DNA of 64,000 bases, from positions 159,210 to 223,209 of the forward strand of contig SUUN01000002.1 of NCBI GenBank assembly GCA_015062495.1. The letters are read 5' to 3'. This document shows, in pieces, positions 1 through 9,971 of this stretch. The translations under genes and the position numbers were made by a program. The notes beneath the pieces were generated by a model. The model was not told the origin of the DNA. It ran no database searches and was given only the letters and a program-made list of their open reading frames with translations. Origin of the DNA: Alphaproteobacteria bacterium. Its GTDB lineage: Bacteria; Pseudomonadota; Alphaproteobacteria; Rs-D84. Every line of letters starts with the position of its first letter. Within the stretch, counting starts at the first letter, position 1.

Positions 1-234
1 TGATGTTGCATGGCGCGTAATCGCACGGGACAAATCATCGCGACTCATCCCCGAGCCATTATCGACAATACTGATTAATGTCCGTCCACCGTCAGTGACG
101 TCAATCATAATCTGGTCTGCCCCCGCATCCAGTGCATTTTCCACCAGTTCTTTCACCACACTGGCGGGGCGTTCGACCACTTCACCTGCGGCAATTTGAT
201 TAATCAGAAAATCCGGCAATACGCGTACAGCCAT
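1..234 (-). CDS. mutL: DNA mismatch repair protein MutL, N-terminal part (gene continues beyond window start)
   Basis: RC translation from ATG at 234: [39 protein letters not shown]... = canonical MutL GHKL N-terminus. Confidence 0.8.
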   Translation of the reverse strand, partial: MAVRVLPDFLINQIAAGEVVERPASVVKELVENALDAGADQIMIDVTDGGRTLISIVDNGSGMSRDDLSRAITRHATS

Positions 235-243
235 TCCTGTGCC

Positions 244-714
244 CTATTCCTTGAATGTAACGGATAAAATTTCGTATTCTTTTTCACCACCCGGCAACTT
301 GACGATACATGTATCCCCAACACACCGCCCAATCATTGCACGTCCAACCGGCGACGTACATGAAATCACCGTACGTCCATCTGATTCAATATCCGACAAT
401 ATCCGGCATTGCATTTTATTACCATCTTCGTCTTCGGCAATAACACGCGCACCAAACACAACACGATTTCCAGTCAAAGAATCAACATCAATCACCGCAG
501 CATTTTCAATAACATTTTCAATAAAGCGAATACGCGCATCAATTTGACGTTGCTTCTCTTTGGCTGCACTGTAATCAGCGTTTTCAGACAAATCCCCCAG
601 CGAACGTGCCCACTGTACAGTTTTTAAAATCTCGGGTCTTTGGTTTTCCTGTAAATCTTTTAATTCTTTAATCAGCGCATCAAATCCCGCGCGCGAAATA
701 GGCTTTTTTTCCAT
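244..714 (-). CDS. greA: transcription elongation factor GreA
   Basis: 156 aa; GreA N-terminal coiled coil (LKELKDLQENQRPEI) and FKBP-like C-terminus; size typical. Confidence 0.9.
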   Translation of the reverse strand: MEKKPISRAGFDALIKELKDLQENQRPEILKTVQWARSLGDLSENADYSAAKEKQRQIDARIRFIENVIENAAVIDVDSLTGNRVVFGARVIAEDEDGNKMQCRILSDIESDGRTVISCTSPVGRAMIGRCVGDTCIVKLPGGEKEYEILSVTFKE

Positions 715-786
715 ATCATCTTTCCTGTTTTAAATTACTTGGCAAATTATACGCGATGATTTTAATTTTGCAATTATGAAATTAAC

Positions 787-1863
787 ATGTATACTATACA
801 TAATATGTTCAGGACAAATATCTTAACCCGCTTTTTATTACGCCGATTTTTTTCCGGCGTTGGTCTTGTTATGCTGGTCGTATGCGGCATTATATTTGCG
901 GTAACATTTGTTGAACGCCTGCCGTCGAATCCAACGGCGTTTGATGCACTATATGAATCCTGGATTCGTTTATTAGAATATGTACCCATGTTTTTACCAT
1001 TGGCGGTATTTATGGGCACATTGCTAACATCATACAACCTGACAAAATCGACTGAAAATATTATTATATCCAGTGCGGGCCTGTCCCCATATCAGTCGAC
1101 AAAACCATTTCTGGTTGGGGCTTTTTTGATTGGCGTATTTGCAACAACTGTTGTTAATCCATATTCTGTTAATATCAGTACAAACAACATCACCCATGAC
1201 CAATTACAGTTAATTGACAATACCATATGGCTGCGCGAAGAATCTGACAAAGGTTTCATCACAATGAACGCCCGCGACATGCACAAGGCGGGCGGCGTCC
1301 TTATTTTTGAAAACGCAACTGTCTATACCCAAACACCCCAATTCAAACTGATTAATCGGATTCAGGCAAACACCATTACCCTGTCTGATACGGGACTGTC
1401 CGCCCACAACGCAATCATTTGGAACACAGACGGCACAACCGAACGCGGCGATTGGGCAACACAAACACTGCTGACCCCCCAAACAGTTTTAGATCGATAT
1501 CTGCAACCAGATCAGATTTCATTTTGGCAACTGCCTGACTTTATCAAACGCATGGAATCAATTGGTGTCCCGGTACGTGGCCACCGTGTACAATTGTGGA
1601 CATTGTTATTTTTACCATTAACAATGATTGCCATGGCAACACTGGGCGTCGCCTTTTCCCAGACCAAGCAACGTCGCAATTACAGTTTTGGCATTAAATT
1701 CAGTCTGGGGATTATCACATGCTTTGGTGTTTATTTTCTGACGAACATGTTTAATGCTTTGGGTGCAACGGGCGCATTGCCCCCCATATTATCCATCATT
1801 GCCCCACCACTGATTATCATCGCAGGTGCTGGCATATTCATCAACAGTTTTGACACAATATAA
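787..1863 (+). CDS. LptF/LptG (YjgP/YjgQ) family permease
   Basis: 358 aa polytopic membrane protein, N-terminal TM bundle, central periplasmic segment, C-terminal TMs. Confidence 0.55.
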   Translation: MYTIHNMFRTNILTRFLLRRFFSGVGLVMLVVCGIIFAVTFVERLPSNPTAFDALYESWIRLLEYVPMFLPLAVFMGTLLTSYNLTKSTENIIISSAGLSPYQSTKPFLVGAFLIGVFATTVVNPYSVNISTNNITHDQLQLIDNTIWLREESDKGFITMNARDMHKAGGVLIFENATVYTQTPQFKLINRIQANTITLSDTGLSAHNAIIWNTDGTTERGDWATQTLLTPQTVLDRYLQPDQISFWQLPDFIKRMESIGVPVRGHRVQLWTLLFLPLTMIAMATLGVAFSQTKQRRNYSFGIKFSLGIITCFGVYFLTNMFNALGATGALPPILSIIAPPLIIIAGAGIFINSFDTI

Positions 1864-1880
1864 ACAGACGGGGAACACAC

Positions 1881-2015
1881 ATGCCATTAAAAAAGAACAA
1901 GAATTCCAAAATTCCACGCATTTTAATGTGGATACTTATCGCCATATTGATTGTGCTGATGATTATATCATTTGCCCCAACCCAGCATATGACTGAAATC
2001 GTGGTATATCCCTAA
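1881..2015 (+). CDS. small hydrophobic ORF (44 aa), possible membrane peptide
   Basis: MPLKKNKNSKIPRILMWILIAILIVLMIISF...; preceded by ggggaacacacATG; not in ORF track (<60 aa). Confidence 0.25.
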   Translation: MPLKKNKNSKIPRILMWILIAILIVLMIISFAPTQHMTEIVVYP

Positions 2016-2867
2016 ATGAACTATATTGATATATTCTTAGAAGCACTGTCGGCCGAACGCGGTCGCAGCACAAAAACCCTGGCGGGATACGAATCTGACC
2101 TGCGTCTGGCAAATGACGCTATTGTGGGTGGTTTAATGTCGGCGGACGCAGACGCGGTACAAAAATACCTGTCGTCATTACCTGACAAACCATCATCCAT
2201 CGCGCGCAAGGCATCAGCCCTGCGTGGATTTTATAAATTTTTAATGATGGAAAAAATTATTTCCCACAACCCAACCGCAAATCTTGAATTGCCCAAACGC
2301 AATCGTACCCTGCCCAAGTTTTTATCAATTGATGAAATTGAATTGCTTATTTCCAGTGCCGGCGATATCAAGACATCCATACGCCTGCGCGCAATGATTG
2401 AATTATTGTATGCATCAGGCCTGCGCGTATCCGAATTGTGCGAATTACCAATGACGGGTGTTTTGGGCGACAAACTGTTAATTCATGGCAAAGGTGCCAA
2501 AGAACGCTTGGTCCCTATGCACGACGCGGCGATTCATGCACTAAACAAATGGCTGGACGCACGTGGCGAAAACGATTCTAAATATGTATTTCCGTCCAAC
2601 GGTAAATTCGGCCACATTACCCGCGATGGATTTTTCAAGATTCTAAAAAAGTGCGCTGTTCTGGCTGGCATCGACCCATCCCGGGTCAGTCCACACGTCC
2701 TGCGTCATTCATTTGCATCGCACCTGTTGGCGGGTGGCGCAAACCTGCGCGCGATACAAACAATGCTGGGCCACGAAGATATTTCCACCACCCAGATTTA
2801 CACACACATCATGCCGGAAAAATTATGCGAAACAATTGTGGCGCACCACCCCCTGGCAAAAAAATAA
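2016..2867 (+). CDS. site-specific tyrosine recombinase XerC/XerD family
   Basis: 283 aa; RHSFASHLL...GHEDISTTQIYTHI catalytic region; C-terminal HHPLAKK resembles the XerD tail. Confidence 0.8.
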   Translation: MNYIDIFLEALSAERGRSTKTLAGYESDLRLANDAIVGGLMSADADAVQKYLSSLPDKPSSIARKASALRGFYKFLMMEKIISHNPTANLELPKRNRTLPKFLSIDEIELLISSAGDIKTSIRLRAMIELLYASGLRVSELCELPMTGVLGDKLLIHGKGAKERLVPMHDAAIHALNKWLDARGENDSKYVFPSNGKFGHITRDGFFKILKKCAVLAGIDPSRVSPHVLRHSFASHLLAGGANLRAIQTMLGHEDISTTQIYTHIMPEKLCETIVAHHPLAKK

Positions 2868-2878
2868 AGGTATAAATA

Positions 2879-3382
2879 ATGATAAAAAAATGCGATAAAC
2901 CAGGTTGCACCAAGGCCGGCACATGCCGCGCCCCAAAATCACGTGATTTACGTGACTATTGGTTTTTCTGCCAAGAACACGCGGCAGAATATAATAAAAA
3001 CTGGAATTATTACGCAGACATGACCCCTGATGAAATCGAAGCGGACTGGGAACGACAAACTTTTGGCGCCGCCCTGCGCGACAAAGAAACCGCACGCGCC
3101 GACGCATCCGACTATGCCAAATTCATCAACGATTTTATAACCGGGCGCAGCAAATTCGACAAAATGCCCGCACGCAGTAAATTACCAACAAATGTTGTAT
3201 CGGCCCTTCGTGTATTCGACCTGGGGATATCGGCCACCTGGCGCGAAGTTGGCACAAAATACCGCGCCCTGGCAAAAAAATACCACCCAGACACCGCCAC
3301 GGACAAGCAAAACGCCGCAAATGAATTTGCGCGCATTTCCACCGCATATGAAATATTAAAAAAACATTTCGGAAAAAAATAA
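2879..3382 (+). CDS. J-domain (DnaJ-like) protein with N-terminal Cys-rich region
   Basis: C-terminal J domain with HPD motif (KYRALAKKYHPDTATD...); N-term CDKPGCTKAGTC...FFCQEH. Confidence 0.65.
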   Translation: MIKKCDKPGCTKAGTCRAPKSRDLRDYWFFCQEHAAEYNKNWNYYADMTPDEIEADWERQTFGAALRDKETARADASDYAKFINDFITGRSKFDKMPARSKLPTNVVSALRVFDLGISATWREVGTKYRALAKKYHPDTATDKQNAANEFARISTAYEILKKHFGKK

Positions 3383-3408
3383 TCCCGCACATTCCGCGGG
3401 ATTTTTTA
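3376..3408 (+). terminator. rho-independent terminator (AAAAATCCCGC..GCGGGATTTTTT family)
   Basis: aatcccgcacattccgcgggatttttt immediately after J-domain gene stop. Confidence 0.7.
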
Positions 3409-3479
3409 CGGAATTCATACCTGGTGACTATTCCCTGCGATTTATATACCATATAAATAACCAGAGGAGAGTCCACATC

Positions 3480-3989
3480 ATGTTACTAAAATCAAAAATT
3501 TGTTTTACATCAATTGCAATATACGAAATTATCGCAGTATCGTTTCTGCATTTTCAACGTCTTTGCGATTCCATATTTTCATCCAGTTTTTGTGCCGGTT
3601 GGTATCGCTATTTTCTGTTCTGCATTGTTGTTCCATTAATTGCCCTATTAATATGGATGTGGATACGCGAAATAATCCGTGTTCGTCGCCGTCACCGTTT
3701 TATCCGCCGTGCGAAAAATGCCGCATCTGGCATCATATCCAGCATCCGCGGCCATGTATCTGAAAACATCAGTTCCGCAGACCTGGAAAAAATAATCACC
3801 GCAGCGGTCTTGATTGGAATAAAACAGTACGCAGACCGTCACCCTAACCTGCGCAAAAATGTGAACAATATTATGGGGCTGGCGAATGGTGAAATTGACA
3901 TTGATTTAATGTCCACCGACGATGAAATGCCGAAAAAACAAACGCGCACCAAAGTTCAAAAAAACACCAAGCGCAAACGCACTAAATAA
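3480..3989 (+). CDS. hypothetical membrane protein with basic C-terminal tail
   Basis: strong SD (gaggagagtccacatcATG); two TM helices, Arg-rich linker, KR-rich C-terminus. Confidence 0.5.
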   Translation: MLLKSKICFTSIAIYEIIAVSFLHFQRLCDSIFSSSFCAGWYRYFLFCIVVPLIALLIWMWIREIIRVRRRHRFIRRAKNAASGIISSIRGHVSENISSADLEKIITAAVLIGIKQYADRHPNLRKNVNNIMGLANGEIDIDLMSTDDEMPKKQTRTKVQKNTKRKRTK

Positions 3990-4095
3990 AAAACAAATTC
4001 CCCGACCATCGGGGAAAACTTATAAAAGCAATATCGCATAAATTAAATAAATTAAAGAACTTTCAAAACAAAGCCCCTAGCATCGGGGAAAAAAT

Positions 4096-4192
4096 TAAAG
4101 ATAATGGTATAGATAAACGGGTTGGAAATGGCGTAGTGTACAGAAGTTACATGAGCCATTGCCAACCCGATTTAGATATGCCATTAGATTTA
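4096..4192. repeat. hairpin repeat element, type A termini (MITE/REP-like), copy 1
   Basis: taaagataatggtatagata..cgggttgg..gtagtgtacagaagttacatgag..ccaacccg..agatatgccattagattta; imperfect inverted termini, self-complementary inner stems. Confidence 0.75.
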
Positions 4193-5089
4193 ATTTTTGT
4201 TCAGGTACAATATGGCGTCCATCCCCGCACTACACCCCGTCCCCACAGCCGTCGCAATCTGCATTTTCAAATTGCTGTGAACATCCCCTGCGACATACAT
4301 ACCCACCGGCAACGCATCCGGGGCCAGGCGTCCCAACGCATCGCGCTTGACCTCTTCGGTCAGATAGTCTGTGTTCGCTTCGTGTCCAATGGCGACAAAC
4401 AAACCATCGGCAACAATTTCCGCACCGTCGGTTGTCGTGATAATTAATTCACCATCGGCCGAATCTGGCTTTGCCGCAATTTTTGCCAAATCTGTATTAA
4501 ACAGGCATTCTATGTTATCGCGTGCCTCAACCCGTTCGCGCAGAACTGCCTCGGCCCGGGTGAACGCAGATTTACGATACACAATCTTAACCGTCTTGGC
4601 CAAATCTGCCAAATACAGCGCATCGTTCAGCGCACTATTACCGCCCCCCATAACAACAACGGTTTTACCACTGTAAAAGAAACCATCACACGTCGCGCAA
4701 TATGACACACCGCGCCCCATAAATTCACGCGCGCCTTCGATTTCCAACTTACGCGGGCTTGCCCCTGTGGCAATAATAATGGTTTTACCAACATATTCCG
4801 CGCCATTATCACATATAACTTTGTATCCTGATTCCGCATCGCCTGTGATATTCTTGGCCGAAACAAATTCAACCACCGCCCCAAATGTTTCGCACTGTTT
4901 TTTCATAAATTCCGCCAATTCAAACCCAGAACCGGCCCAACCTGGATAATTTTCCAATGTTGCAATACCCGCCATCTGGCCGCCCAGTCTGTCGCCACCC
5001 AAAACAATGGTCTTTTTATTTGCACGTGCGGTATACAACGCCGCCGTCAAACCCGCCGGCCCTGAACCTAAAATAATAACATCATACAT
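4190..5089 (-). CDS. trxB: thioredoxin-disulfide reductase
   Basis: start set at MYDVIILGSGPAGL (FAD GxGxxG); CATCDG redox motif; NADPH GGGNSA motif. Confidence 0.9.
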   Translation of the reverse strand: MYDVIILGSGPAGLTAALYTARANKKTIVLGGDRLGGQMAGIATLENYPGWAGSGFELAEFMKKQCETFGAVVEFVSAKNITGDAESGYKVICDNGAEYVGKTIIIATGASPRKLEIEGAREFMGRGVSYCATCDGFFYSGKTVVVMGGGNSALNDALYLADLAKTVKIVYRKSAFTRAEAVLRERVEARDNIECLFNTDLAKIAAKPDSADGELIITTTDGAEIVADGLFVAIGHEANTDYLTEEVKRDALGRLAPDALPVGMYVAGDVHSNLKMQIATAVGTGCSAGMDAILYLNKN

Positions 5090-5345
5090 GATAAAAGCCT
5101 TCCTTCTATATCCTTCGCGAAACAGATTACAAAACAAACGCCCCCAACGCAAACGAATTTATTGCGCAACCCCAAAAAAAGATTTATAATTAAAGTGATA
5201 TGAAATTCAGTTTTGTATTTTTCTCGTCTTTCTCGTCATCCCCGTTGGGGGAATAATTTAGCATACACTTTTTTGATTTTGTAATTGCGAAACTGTTCGC
5301 ACCATAATAACATATATCCCAAAGATAAATCGAAGGAACAAGAAA

Positions 5346-6623
5346 ATGTTGGATATAAAATTTATTCGTGAAAACCCAGAAACCGTTAAAAACGCCTGCC
5401 GGGTCAAAGGTATGACAGATTACACAGACGAAATCCTGGCGTTGGACGCACGCGTTCGTGAACTGAAAACAGTCACCCAGGCAAAAACCGCCGAAAAAAA
5501 TAAAATCACACGCGAAATTCCAACCGCAACCGACCGCGCACCGTTAATCGCGCGTTCGCGCGAAATCGCGAACGAAATCGCGGCTGATATGGCGGAACTT
5601 GCGGACAAAGAATCCCAGTTAAACGATTTATTACACCGCGTTCCACAAATCCCTTCAAACGACGCACCAATTGGTCGCGACGACACAGAAAACGTGGAAA
5701 TCAGACGCGTTGGCACACCACGCGAATTTGACTTTACCCCACGTCCACAATGGGAACTGTTGGAAATGAACGGTTGGTGGAAACCTGAAAAAATCGCATC
5801 AATCTGTGGCACCCGCACCTATGCCCTGTTTGGCGAAGCAGCGGAACTGGAACTGGCAATTCAAACATATGTTCTACAAAAACTGATGGCACGCGGATTC
5901 ACATTCGTAAACTGTCCATCAATTACAAAACCCCAGACCATATTTAACGCCGGCCACTTTATGGGTTCGGACCTGTCCGTCATGAATAACGATGTATTTA
6001 TGTTAACCGACACCGATCGTTGCCTGGCGGGAACGGCTGAAATCATCTTAAATTCGCTGCACAGTGACGAAGTTTTAAACGAAAAAGATTTGCCAATTAA
6101 ATACGCGGGCTATTCCCCCTGTTTCCGCAAAGAAGCCGGCGCCGCCGGTCGTGACACCCGCGGAATCGTGCGCATACACCAGTTTAACAAGGTTGAACAG
6201 TATATTTACTGCACCCCCGAACAATCGGACGAAATGCACGAACATTTGTTAAACAACCTGTGCGAAGTAATGGATGATTTGGAATTACCATACCGCGTAA
6301 TTGCGGCATGTACCGGCGACATGGGATTTAACAAGGTTAAAATGCACGACGTCGAAGCCTGGTTCCCCAGTGAAAACACATACCGTGAACTGGGTTCATG
6401 TTCTTCGATTGGCACATTCCAGGCGCGCCGCACCAACACACGTTACCGCGCATCGGACGGCACACTGCAATTCTGCGCAACATTAAATAACACAGGTATC
6501 GCCCTGCCACGCGCAATTGTACCAGTAATTGAAAACCACCAAAACCCAGACGGTTCAGTGAACATCCCAAAAAAACTGCAACCATTAATGGGCGGTCGCA
6601 CAAAAATCGGTGGCAAACACTAA
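5346..6623 (+). CDS. serS: serine--tRNA ligase
   Basis: 425 aa; N-terminal coiled-coil arm, class II aaRS core; RBS aaggaac upstream. Confidence 0.95.
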   Translation: MLDIKFIRENPETVKNACRVKGMTDYTDEILALDARVRELKTVTQAKTAEKNKITREIPTATDRAPLIARSREIANEIAADMAELADKESQLNDLLHRVPQIPSNDAPIGRDDTENVEIRRVGTPREFDFTPRPQWELLEMNGWWKPEKIASICGTRTYALFGEAAELELAIQTYVLQKLMARGFTFVNCPSITKPQTIFNAGHFMGSDLSVMNNDVFMLTDTDRCLAGTAEIILNSLHSDEVLNEKDLPIKYAGYSPCFRKEAGAAGRDTRGIVRIHQFNKVEQYIYCTPEQSDEMHEHLLNNLCEVMDDLELPYRVIAACTGDMGFNKVKMHDVEAWFPSENTYRELGSCSSIGTFQARRTNTRYRASDGTLQFCATLNNTGIALPRAIVPVIENHQNPDGSVNIPKKLQPLMGGRTKIGGKH

Positions 6624-6629
6624 CACAAA

Positions 6630-6660
6630 TAAAAATCCCGCAATTGCGGGATTTTTATTT
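6630..6660. terminator. bidirectional rho-independent terminator between convergent serS and tatA
   Basis: aaaaatcccgcaattgcgggattttt, T/A runs on both sides. Confidence 0.75.
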
Positions 6661-6879
6661 ATTTCTTTTTCTGTGTTTTTTCACAGGCGCTTTTTTTGCA
6701 ACAGATTTTTTCTGTGGCTTCGCTTCTTGCTTTGGCGCAGTCTTTTTTATTTCCTTTTTAAAAATATTCAAACCATCCGCCAAATTTTTCATCATGCCTG
6801 GAATTTTATTCGACCCGAACAAAATAACCACCAAAACAACAATAACCAGAATCTCAGCCCATCCAAAACGTCCAAACAT
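6655..6879 (-). CDS. tatA: twin-arginine translocase subunit TatA/E
   Basis: 74 aa; MFGRFGWAEILVIVVLVVILFG TM + amphipathic helix + Lys-rich tail. Confidence 0.8.
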   Translation of the reverse strand: MFGRFGWAEILVIVVLVVILFGSNKIPGMMKNLADGLNIFKKEIKKTAPKQEAKPQKKSVAKKAPVKKHRKRNK

Positions 6880-6892
6880 TTCAAACTCCTAT

Positions 6893-7690
6893 TTATTTCG
6901 CAACATAGCAATCCAGTCCATCAGACTTGGCATTACGACAGAACCCATTTGCATCCGCCGCCGTCTTGAACGCAACACGCAAACGATATGTTGTTTTACC
7001 ATCTTTTAACTGTGCCGCCAAGATTACAAACTGCTGCCCATCAAACAAACTTTTGTGTGCGTTCTGAATCTGACGCTGGGCGCTTTCCGCCAATGCACGC
7101 GTGCTGTACGAGCCAAATTGAACATACCACGCCCCCGCCACAGGTTTGGCAACTGTCTTTGCCACAGGCTTTGCCGCAGGTTTTGCTGCCGCCTTGGCAA
7201 CCGGCTTTGCTGCTGGCTTTGCCGCAGGTTTTGGTTGTGCCACAGGCTTTGATTCTGCAGTCGGATTAAACTTAACTTCTTTGCGTTCTTCTACGACGCG
7301 AACCGGCACGCCCGCCGTTGCTGCCACTGGTTGTGGCTGTACAACCGGCTGTGGTTTTGGCTGTGGTTGTGCAACCGGTTGTGGTTGAACCTGAACCGGC
7401 TGTGGTTGCGCCTGAACAGGCTGTACTGGTGGCATAACATTCATATCTGCGCCCTGTCCCGCATCTACAACAACCGGCGCGTCCAAATCCACTTCTATCG
7501 AAGACGAAGATTCATCACCAATCGCACGAATGATAACATAAGTTGCCAGCACGATAACAACCAAGCCAACACTTAACAGCAACCATGGTTTTTTTGGACG
7601 TGGCACCGCAAATGGCGTTGCATCTGGCAATGTATCCATTGCACCATTATCGTCCAGATCTAACAAATCCAAGCTATTATCATCATTCAT
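6893..7690 (-). CDS. SPOR domain-containing protein with Pro/Gln/Ala/Lys-rich low-complexity linker
   Basis: N-terminal TM; QPQPV and AKPAAKPVA tandem repeats; C-terminal SPOR fold (WYVQFGSYS...RLRVAF). Confidence 0.75.
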   Translation of the reverse strand: MNDDNSLDLLDLDDNGAMDTLPDATPFAVPRPKKPWLLLSVGLVVIVLATYVIIRAIGDESSSSIEVDLDAPVVVDAGQGADMNVMPPVQPVQAQPQPVQVQPQPVAQPQPKPQPVVQPQPVAATAGVPVRVVEERKEVKFNPTAESKPVAQPKPAAKPAAKPVAKAAAKPAAKPVAKTVAKPVAGAWYVQFGSYSTRALAESAQRQIQNAHKSLFDGQQFVILAAQLKDGKTTYRLRVAFKTAADANGFCRNAKSDGLDCYVAK

Positions 7691-7817
7691 GATAAAATCC
7701 CCCTCTTATTCATTACAGATATTATATCATAAAAAAAAACAATAACCAAACAAATAGAACATAAAAAAAAACAGAAGACACAAAAATCATATCTCATGTC
7801 TCCTGTCACACATCTCA

Positions 7818-7961
7818 CTATTTCGGCATATTTCCAAAATTTGGTGGCACAATTAACTTCTGATTTTGTTCTACAATCGGCTCTACCGCGCACTGTTTTG
7901 CGCATCCCGCCAAAACAAAGGTCAAAGAACAAAGCGCAAACAGCAAAGTTATTTTTTTCAT
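7818..7961 (-). CDS. small lipoprotein (47 aa)
   Basis: MKKITLLFALCSLTFVLAGC lipobox; RBS aagggggaatatATG on minus strand. Confidence 0.4.
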   Translation of the reverse strand: MKKITLLFALCSLTFVLAGCAKQCAVEPIVEQNQKLIVPPNFGNMPK

Positions 7962-8017
7962 ATATTCCCCCTTTTCTTTATAAGCATCTGGGTGCGTCAT
8001 CCGCACCCAGAATTATA

Positions 8018-9751
8018 TTACAACGGCATCTTAACACTATCTTGCATCATTTCAACGAATGCGTCCAGTGACATTGATTCCTGTTTTTCAACCCCCAACT
8101 TGCGCAGTGTGACATTTCTGTCTGCCATTTCTTTTTCACCAACAACGGCAATGATTGGCGTCTTGGCCAACGACAGTTCGCGGATTTTATAGTTGACCTT
8201 TTCGTCCCTCAAATCTGCGCGCGCATTCACACCGGCATTACGCAACATTTCAACAACTTCATTTGCGTAATCGGCATGTTTTTGCGAAATTGGTGTAACA
8301 ACAACCGGTTCTGGCGACAACCATAATGGCAAATTACCACCCGTTGATTCCAGCAATACGCCCATAAAGCGTTCAATAGAACCCAACATCGCACGATGCA
8401 ACATAATCGGACGATGTTTTTCACCATCTTCGCCGACATAGGACAGGTCAAATCTTTCCGGCAAATTCATATCCAATTGCACCGTACCGCACTGCCATAC
8501 GCGCCCCATAGAATCGCGCAGATAGTTATCAATCTTTGGACCATAGAACGCCGCATCTCCTTCGGCGATTTCATATTCAATCCCGTTCGCATCCAGGGCA
8601 TGCTTTAATGCGCCTTCGGCCTTGTCCCAGATTTCATCCGACCCGATACGGAATTCTGATTCTTTGCGCGTTGCCAGTTTCATGGTAATTTTATCAAATC
8701 CAAACTTGCCATAAATATCTTTGATAAAGCGCAGGATTTTAACCACTTCTTCTTCTAACTGTTCTTCGGTACAGAAAATATGCGCATCGTCCTGGGTAAA
8801 TTCACGCACACGCATCAGACCCGACAAACCGCCCGCCGCCTCATAACGATGAACCTTGCCAAATTCGGCCATATACAATGGTAAATCTTTGTACGAACGC
8901 AATCCATGCCCAAACACCAACATACCACCCGGGCATGACATTGGTTTGATACAGAACACTTTGCCATCCTGGGTTTTACCTGAATAGTTATGTTCACCAT
9001 ACTTTGCCCAGTGACCACTGCGTTCCCACAAACATCTGTCCATAACGGCCGGCGTTGAAATTTCCTGATAGCCTGCCCGTTCTTGGCGCGCACGTACATA
9101 TTCAATCAGACGGCGATACATCTTGTACCCCTTGTCGTGCCAGAAAACCGCCCCCGGCGCATATTCTGGCTCAAAGTGGAACAAATCCATATCCTTGCCC
9201 AATTTACGGTTATCGCGCGCGGCGGCCTCTTCCTGCATTTTCAGGAAATTATCCAATTCTTCGCGTGTTGCGAACGCATCAACATAGATACGCTGTAACA
9301 TTTTGTTTTTTGAATCCCCCTTCCAGTATGCACCGGCAACACTGCGGATTTTGAAACTGTCGCGTGGTAAATCCTTGGAACTTTCCACGTGTGGTCCACG
9401 ACACAGGTCAACAAAATCACGGAAAGTATAGATTGACAATGCTTCGCCCGCCGCATCATATTCGTTCAACCATTCCATTTTATATGGTTGGTCTGCAAAG
9501 ATTTCTTTGGCCTCGGCCAACGAAACATTTCTCTGTTCAAAACGGCCATTAGACTTAATTAAATCACGCATTTCCCGTTCGATTTTTTCAAAATCATCTT
9601 CGGAAAACCGATATTCCGTATCAAAGTCATAATAGAATCCATTTTCAATCGCCGGACCGCCCGCGAATTTAACATCTGGGTGTAATTTTTTAACCGCCGC
9701 CGCCATCACGTGTGCCAACGAATGACGCATTAACTCGATATCATATGCCAT
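8018..9751 (-). CDS. thrS: threonine--tRNA ligase (N-terminal TGS domain apparently absent)
   Basis: 577 aa; begins at editing domain (HSLAHVMAAAV); class II motifs and C-terminal anticodon-binding domain. Confidence 0.95.
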   Translation of the reverse strand: MAYDIELMRHSLAHVMAAAVKKLHPDVKFAGGPAIENGFYYDFDTEYRFSEDDFEKIEREMRDLIKSNGRFEQRNVSLAEAKEIFADQPYKMEWLNEYDAAGEALSIYTFRDFVDLCRGPHVESSKDLPRDSFKIRSVAGAYWKGDSKNKMLQRIYVDAFATREELDNFLKMQEEAAARDNRKLGKDMDLFHFEPEYAPGAVFWHDKGYKMYRRLIEYVRARQERAGYQEISTPAVMDRCLWERSGHWAKYGEHNYSGKTQDGKVFCIKPMSCPGGMLVFGHGLRSYKDLPLYMAEFGKVHRYEAAGGLSGLMRVREFTQDDAHIFCTEEQLEEEVVKILRFIKDIYGKFGFDKITMKLATRKESEFRIGSDEIWDKAEGALKHALDANGIEYEIAEGDAAFYGPKIDNYLRDSMGRVWQCGTVQLDMNLPERFDLSYVGEDGEKHRPIMLHRAMLGSIERFMGVLLESTGGNLPLWLSPEPVVVTPISQKHADYANEVVEMLRNAGVNARADLRDEKVNYKIRELSLAKTPIIAVVGEKEMADRNVTLRKLGVEKQESMSLDAFVEMMQDSVKMPL

Positions 9752-9971
9752 AATAAAAGCCTTTTTATATTTTATATTTTTTTAATTTGATTAACTGTTT
9801 GATTATAAGAATTTGTGCCACGCACCGCAATAGAATTTATACCCCCAACGGGGTTGTAGTAGTTGTTGTAAAGAATAAACCAAACATTTTCATAACACCA
9901 ATATTATTACCATCACCGCAAAAAGTCAATCGGTAATATCCCCTTGCGCTTGAGACAGAATAAACAAAAAT

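Noticed and set aside
239-547. 102-aa ORF on plus strand (also 409-627)
   Set aside because: Lies antisense within greA, which has clear homology; no RBS or motifs
3998-4090. Two similar hairpins ccccgaccatcgggg / cccctagcatcgggg upstream of hairpin repeat copy 1
   Set aside because: Probably ordinary terminator hairpins for the 3480-3989 gene and trxB; too short to call a repeat family
7146-7388. Ala/Gly/Thr-rich 80-aa ORF (and other ORFs 6988-7576)
   Set aside because: Antisense reading of the Pro/Gln/Ala/Lys-rich low-complexity repeats of the SPOR protein gene; artefact of repeat composition
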